Assembly: GCA_964016885.1 (NCBI GenBank)
Contig: OZ024759.1
Location: forward strand, 24,614,001 to 24,678,000
DNA: 64,000 nt
Reading direction: 5' to 3'
DNA from: Eledone cirrhosa
Taxonomy: Eukaryota
Below the pieces are notes generated by a model that had not been told where the DNA came from, ran no database searches, and saw only the letters and a list, made by a program, of their open reading frames with translations. Numbering within the stretch: position 1 is the first letter of the stretch; each line of letters begins with the position of its first letter. Below, piece after piece: positions 56,896 through 64,000 of the stretch. Position numbers and translations under genes: made by a program.

Positions 56896-57302
56896 TGCAT
56901 ATTCATATTTCGCTCTGGGGATAATTGGTGGCCTTGTGCCAAATGTAGAAACAATTATATTATATATATATATATTATATATATCTTATCTATATATATT
57001 ATATATATATATACATATGGCATATTACTATGGTTAATAATTTTTTTTTTTGTTTTTTTTTTTTGTATGTTTGAGAGGGATCTTTAGATCGGATTCCGGC
57101 AAACATATCATCACATTTTATCTTTCAAGATGACTAGAAATATTAATTCTGCAGACAAATATGCATTTGTTGTGTGAGAACAGCGCTGCCAGTGTTGGGG
57201 CCATTTCGATAAGAACAGAATATCCGATGATATCGCATAGGGGCTTCCTATCATAAAGAGATCAAACTGATATTTTCACACATACATATATATATATATA
57301 CG

Positions 57303-57336
<34 letters not shown>

Positions 57337-57350
57337 TTTTTTTTTCGTTT

Positions 57351-57405
<55 letters not shown>

Positions 57406-57560
57406 CACATATATATATATGTAAATATATATGTATGTATATATATTTATATACTTACATATATAGATATAATATTTATATTTATATACATATATATATA
57501 TATATAAATATAAATACATACATACATACGTATATTTATACATATATATATATGCATACC

Positions 57561-57641
<81 letters not shown>

Positions 57642-57647
<6 letters not shown>

Positions 57648-57680
57648 GTTATGGGGATTACGTGTGGAGACGTGTGCATG

Positions 57681-57711
<31 letters not shown>

Positions 57712-57748
57712 GCACACGTCTCCACACGTAATCCCCATAACCATTCTC
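57642..57748. repeat. Fold-back centred on (TA)n
   Basis: AGAATGGTTATGGGGATTACGTGTGGAGACGTGTGCATGT-(TA)n-ACATGCACACGTCTCCACACGTAATCCCCATAACCATTCT. Confidence 0.9.
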
Positions 57749-57783
57749 GTTTACAATAATTAGTCTGCAAAGATTTGCCTATC

Positions 57784-57884
<101 letters not shown>

Positions 57885-57971
57885 TATATTTCTCTCATCT
57901 GACACACCGTCAGTGATGCAACAAGATATCTGAATATGAAGGCATTCGTGTATAAACAGACACACACACAT

Positions 57972-58006
<35 letters not shown>

Positions 58007-58222
58007 TGTGTGTGTATATATATGTATATGTATATATATATGTATATGTATATATATGTATATATATGTATATGTATATATATGTATATATATATGTATA
58101 TATGTATATGTATATATATATGTATATATGTATATGTGTATATATATTTATATATATATATATGTATTTATGTATATGTGTATATATATGTATATATATA
58201 TATGTGTATATATATGTATATA

Positions 58223-58268
<46 letters not shown>

Positions 58269-58644
58269 TATACACATATATATATATACATATATATATA
58301 CATATATATATATACATATGCTATACATATATATGTATGTATATATTAATGCATATTATATATATATAATATATGTGCATATATATATATGCATATACAT
58401 ATATATGTATGTATACATTAATGCATATTATATATGTGTGTGTGTGTGTGTCTATGAATGTATACACACACATATACAAGAAATATATCATGTATAAATG
58501 AGTTGTGCTATAACCAGACAGGCAGATGTACGTAAACGTCTAATTATACCACTTTAATCACGTCATATAATAATAATTATATTTCAAAATTACATACGAA
58601 CAAATTGCACACACACACACACATACATACATACATACATACAT

Positions 58645-58723
<79 letters not shown>

Positions 58724-58742
58724 CATACATACACACACACAC

Positions 58743-58881
<139 letters not shown>

Positions 58882-59251
58882 TACATACATACATACATAC
58901 ATACACACACACATATATGTACTTAAATATATGAAGTGTAAAGATCCCTTCAGTCACGAACGACCATCGGATTTACATCTAGAAAGTTCTCCTCCAGGCA
59001 AGGTTGTTTGTGGGAGACCAGCTGTCGCCCAAGCATACCGGCCTCCCGTCCCACCCCACCAATGTTGTCCAAGAGAAAAGCTATGGCCGATGCAGCTTGG
59101 CACCTTTGACTTCGCAACTCATTTCTACAGCTGAGTAAACTGGAACAACGTGAAATAAATGCATCACACGGCTCGAGAATCGAACTCGCAACCTTTTGCA
59201 AGCTCAATGCTCTAACTACTAAGCTATGCGCCTTCACTATATATATATGCT

Positions 59252-59282
<31 letters not shown>

Positions 59283-59345
59283 ATATATATAAATATATAT
59301 GTGTGTGTGTATATATATATATATGTGTGTGTGTGTATATATATA

Positions 59346-59458
<113 letters not shown>

Positions 59459-59467
59459 TAATATATA

Positions 59468-59506
<39 letters not shown>

Positions 59507-59536
59507 TAATATATATGTGTGTGTGTATATATATAA

Positions 59537-59576
<40 letters not shown>

Positions 59577-59585
59577 TAATATATA

Positions 59586-59622
<37 letters not shown>

Positions 59623-59761
59623 TAATATATGTGTGTGTGTGTGTATATATATGTGTGTGTGTGTGCGTATGTGTGTGTATTAATAATAATAATAATTGTT
59701 TCTACTTTTGGCACAAGGCCAGTAATTACCTCAGTGCATTACTGGTACTTTATTTTATCGA

Positions 59762-59927
59762 TTCCGGGTTGAATCGGAGGTAACCACAGTAAGTAAGGTA
59801 CTCAAGACATAGCAGAGTATAAAAGTTTTAATATAGATGAGGTTCTACAGGACTAGAACTGTTTCATTCTTTAGAAATCATCAAAGAATGAAACAGTTCT
59901 AGTCCTGTAGAATCTCATCTATATTAA

Positions 59928-59932
<5 letters not shown>
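59762..59932 (-). mobile_element. Family B element with fold-back, adjacent to an S1 tail (59692-59762)
   Basis: Minus strand reads UGAUGA-UUUC-UAAA-GAAU-GAAACAG..CUGUA^GAAC followed by the family tail. Inverted arm at 59883-59930. Confidence 0.8.
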
Positions 59933-59988
<56 letters not shown>

Positions 59989-60316
59989 AAGAGAGAGAGA
60001 AGAGAGAGGGGGAGATAGAAAGAGAGAGTAATTGAGACTGTGTAAATGTGTATTTAATTGTCCAGATATTTAGTATATAGACTAAAGATGTAAATTTGCC
60101 AAATATATGTTACTTCCCTGTAAACTGACTGGGTGTATACTTATGTTTAGCATGTTTACATGTCGATATACAAGAAAAATGTGTATATTTTGATATATTC
60201 ATTCATATTTACGTTGTCAATTTTATATTTTGTATATATATATATATATACTCACATAAGTTTATCTTAATACTTCGGCTGCTTAGCACCTAACTGAATA
60301 TATATATATATATATG

Positions 60317-60444
<128 letters not shown>

Positions 60445-60523
60445 TAAATACACACACATGTATTTATATATATATATATGTATATATATACATATATACA
60501 TATGTATATATATATACACACAC

Positions 60524-60559
<36 letters not shown>

Positions 60560-60621
60560 GTATATATATAAATATATTTAAAAAAAAAAATATATATATA
60601 TATATACATAGATATATATAC

Positions 60622-60698
<77 letters not shown>

Positions 60699-60712
60699 GA
60701 TATATATACAGG

Positions 60713-60744
<32 letters not shown>

Positions 60745-60762
60745 CATAGATATATATACAGG

Positions 60763-60794
<32 letters not shown>

Positions 60795-60949
60795 CATAGA
60801 TATATATACAGGTATATATATAAATATATAAATATATATATATATATATCTTACATTAACCATTTTTTCATCTGGATGGTATAGTCACTTATATGTCTGA
60901 ATTTTTGTTGGGTTTTTTTTACTTATATTAATTTCTCTATTTTCATTTC

Positions 60950-60989
<40 letters not shown>

Positions 60990-61312
60990 TTAGTGTCTGT
61001 CTGTGTGACTTTGAACGTAAACAAGCAATTTGTGTTTTCAATGTTGGGTGTGTCACCATGTTAGTATTTCAAAACTTTCTACATGATGGGGCTGATTGAA
61101 ATGCTTGGAAAGATAATTATCTATCTTACTTTATACATCAATTAACATTTCTGCCAGCTCCCTTCCCTAAACATGCCATCTGCTTCACTCCTAATTTCCC
61201 TATATAAGTACATATGCATTTTACCTTCGTACACGTCTGAATCTATCGTTTCCTACGTTTACTTTAATGAATTTAACACATATAGTAAGATTGTCCACAC
61301 TTGTATGTATAT

Positions 61313-61410
<98 letters not shown>

Positions 61411-61607
61411 ATAAAATGGGGAGAAAAATACTGCTGGTAGCACATGGATAACATGTAATAAAATAAGTCCCTCATCAGTGATTTGCCGACGATCATAGAT
61501 ATTTCATTGCATTAAAAATCATATACCTCACGTCGGTGCAATAATAACTAAATTAAGTTATTAGGACAATTGAAACGCGTAAAGCGAGTGAGACAGGAAA
61601 ACAACAA

Positions 61608-61651
<44 letters not shown>

Positions 61652-61734
61652 ATAATAATAAATTTGAATCCAAGATCCCGTTAAGGGTGAAAGCAGCGAT
61701 TCTTTGCTTAAACTTTAATCTGTTATTTTAATAA

Positions 61735-61770
<36 letters not shown>

Positions 61771-61875
61771 GTGTGTATGTGTGTGTGTATATATATATAA
61801 ATTTATCCACCCTAGTACCTTCAATTTCCAATTCCATTCCGCCCGTCCCATCAATCTATTTTATTTCTCATTCTT

Positions 61876-61905
61876 TCTTCTGATGAAGGACTAGCGTCCG
61901 AAACG

Positions 61906-61907
<2 letters not shown>
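61876..61907 (+). ncRNA. Minimal hammerhead motif, family A, interrupted by (TA)n at the cleavage site
   Basis: UCUU-CUGAUGA-A-GGAC-UAGC-GUCC-GAAA-CG-UU^ then (AT)n. The family tail resumes near 61950. Confidence 0.7.
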
Positions 61908-61951
<44 letters not shown>

Positions 61952-62042
61952 TCATGCTATATCAGGCGTTAACCTAATATATACCTTCCATATACTGTAC
62001 CGATTGTGTTGTTATTTCTGTTTACCTTTTACACACACAATT

Positions 62043-62119
<77 letters not shown>

Positions 62120-62260
62120 GTATATGTTGGTTGTATACCAACACCTCAGTATGCAGGCTGGAGCACTCGACGAAGTGCGCAGGTTGGTTTGGTTACTCCG
62201 GAGTAATGTAAAATAAAGTTAAATAAAAAGTCAAATGTTTAAAATTTAGCTTCGTTTATT

Positions 62261-62315
62261 ACTGCTATATATATTTCGGTGACAGCCATCTTTGGCTGTG
62301 ACCTCTTCAGGCAGT
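62261..62315 (-). ncRNA. Type I hammerhead ribozyme motif, family E
   Basis: ACUGC-CUGAAGA-GGUCACAGCCA-AAGA-UGGCUGUCACC-GAAA-UAUAUA-UA^GCAGU. Confidence 0.85.
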
Positions 62316-62407
62316 CCGTATTAGTGTGGTATAGACAAGTACATATGTTGTTGAGGTGTATAATTTTCTCAAGAACATATGTACTTGTCTATACCACACT
62401 AATACGG

Positions 62408-62462
62408 GCTGCCTGAAGAGGTCACAGCCAAAGATGGCTGTCACCGAAATATATATAGCAGT
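62408..62462 (+). ncRNA. Type I hammerhead ribozyme motif, family E
   Basis: GCUGC-CUGAAGA-GGUCACAGCCA-AAGA-UGGCUGUCACC-GAAA-UAUAUA-UA^GCAGU, predicted cut after 62457. Confidence 0.85.
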
Positions 62463-62592
62463 AATAAACGAAGCTAAATTTTAAACATTTGACTTTTATT
62501 TTACTTTATTTTATATATATATATATATGTGTATATATATATATAAGAAGTGTAAGTCATCTGGTTAAAATTAACTTCATTTATTCATATTC

Positions 62593-62645
62593 GCTGTTAT
62601 ATATATTTCGGTGATAACCATTATTCAACAGCTATGACCTCATCA
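62593..62645 (-). ncRNA. Family E hammerhead, 5'-truncated at C3
   Basis: UGAUGA-GGUCAUAGCUGUU-GAAU-AAUGGUUAUCACC-GAAA-UAUAUA-UA^ACAGC. Lies head-to-head with a degenerate family A motif at 62651-62682. Confidence 0.65.
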
Positions 62646-63133
62646 TATATCAGATGAAGGACTAAGGTCTGAAAGGTTAAAACTATTTTCCGACTAATAT
62701 ATATCTGCATTGAACAGTATCATTTGGCTGTGTTGTTTTCCGTTTACTTTTCGCATAAACACACACACACACACACAAACACACAAACAACCACACACTC
62801 ATACACACACAAGAAAAAGTTCATTTGAATCAGTAAAGTCAACTGGAATGGTTTTCTATTAACGCATATTTCAGTAGTTTTGTAGGGAGAATGTGTGTGT
62901 ATGTGTGTGTGTGAGAGTGAGAGAGAGAGAGTCTGTGTGTGTGTGTGTGTGTGTGGAGGGGAGGTGGATTCTTGTATTTATTTAATTTTATTATTACTTG
63001 TTTGTTTGTTTTGTTCTTTTTAATTTTAATATAAATCTTGCCTCTGCCTTCTCCCCCCCCCCCCTCCCTCTCTTCAGCCCAGAATTATTAAAGTTACGTC
63101 GAGTAATTAATCACTCAGACTTATGACATATGA

Positions 63134-63134
63134 C

Positions 63135-63232
<98 letters not shown>

Positions 63233-63910
63233 GGTAGTAGTAGTGATAGTGTTGGTGGTGGTGTTGGTGGTGCTGGTAGCTGATTTGTTGTTGGTGGTGT
63301 TAGTACTGGTGGTGATGGTGTTGAAGGTGGTGGTAGCTGTGTTTTTGTTGTTGTTGTTGTTGGTGGTGGTGGTGTTAGTACTGGTGGTTGTGGTGTTGAT
63401 GGTGGTGATAGCTGTGGTGTTGTTGATAGTGATGGTGGTGGTGGTGTTGGTGGTGGTGTTAGTACTGGTGGTGGTGGTGGTGGTGTTGATGGTGGTGATA
63501 GCTGTGGTGTTGTTGATAGTGATGGTGGTGGTGTTGGTGGTGGTGTTAGTACTGGTGGTTGTGGTGTTGATGGTGGTGATAGCTGTGGTGTTGTTGATAG
63601 TGATGGTGGTGGTGTTGGTGGTGGTGTTAGTACTGGTGGTTGTGGTGTTGATGGTGGTGATAGCTGTGGTGTTGTTGATAGTGATGGTGGTGGTGTTGGT
63701 GGTGGTGTTAGTACTGGTGGTTGTGGTGTTGATGGTGGTGATAGCTGTGGTGTTGTTGATAGTGATGGTGGTGGTGTTGGTGGTGGTGTTAGTACTGGTG
63801 TTGTGGTGTTGATGGTGGTGATAGCTGTGGTGTTGTTGATAGTGATGGTGGTGGTGTTGGTGGTGGTGTTAGTACTGGTGGTGGTGGTGGTGGTGTTGAT
63901 GGTGGTGGTA
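63134..63910. repeat. (GTA)n followed by an about 81-bp GT-rich minisatellite
   Basis: TTAGTACTGG recurs at about 81-bp spacing from 63300 to 63880. Confidence 0.9.
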
Positions 63911-64000
63911 ATGCTATACGACTGTCATAACTATCAAAATCAGAGTAATACCCCTTACGATATATCCTAATATTTGATATCAAGCGTGAAGGAAACCATT

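Larger units (their letters stand above)
62210..62513. mobile_element. Family E fold-back element with about 145-bp arms
   Basis: Near-perfect inverted repeat with a few mismatches around a spacer of about 11 nt. (TA)n on the right. Confidence 0.9.

Noticed and set aside
57218-57275. CCGAUGA hammerhead-like motif (also 61665-61703, 12068-12105 and 24056-24090)
   Set aside because: GAAA or the NUH/stem III is missing or broken. At most these are decayed relics.

Overview
AT-rich, repeat-saturated animal DNA, intronic or intergenic in character. The (TA)n/(CA)n/(GA)n/(GGT)n microsatellite load and the tRNA-derived SINE families suggest an octopod cephalopod; this is inference, not a database result. 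Almost every ORF in the supplied track is a microsatellite artefact. Real content: (i) about 30 copies or fragments of a young tRNA-derived SINE, several with clear TSDs ending in ATAAT/ATTAT; (ii) an older second SINE family; (iii) two decayed RTE-clade LINE copies, each with a 5' inversion; (iv) a Tc1/mariner MITE and a solo TIR; (v) several minisatellites; (vi) one possible 147-nt coding exon. The main unexplained signal is that the short unique-looking islands between (TA)n runs are mostly 150-350 bp non-coding elements of at least 8 unrelated families. They carry type I hammerhead ribozyme (HHR) motifs, about 15 with the full core in order and folding stems plus several half-motifs. Many have palindromic stem III and recurrent non-canonical cores (U3-A8, C4, U10.1.U11.1), and many sit in fold-back (inverted) structures abutting (TA)n. 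The best interpretation is pLTR remnants of (TA)n-associated Penelope-like retroelements or retrozyme-like elements. No Penelope RT/GIY-YIG ORF is in the window. All structures were folded by eye, and catalytic activity is untested.
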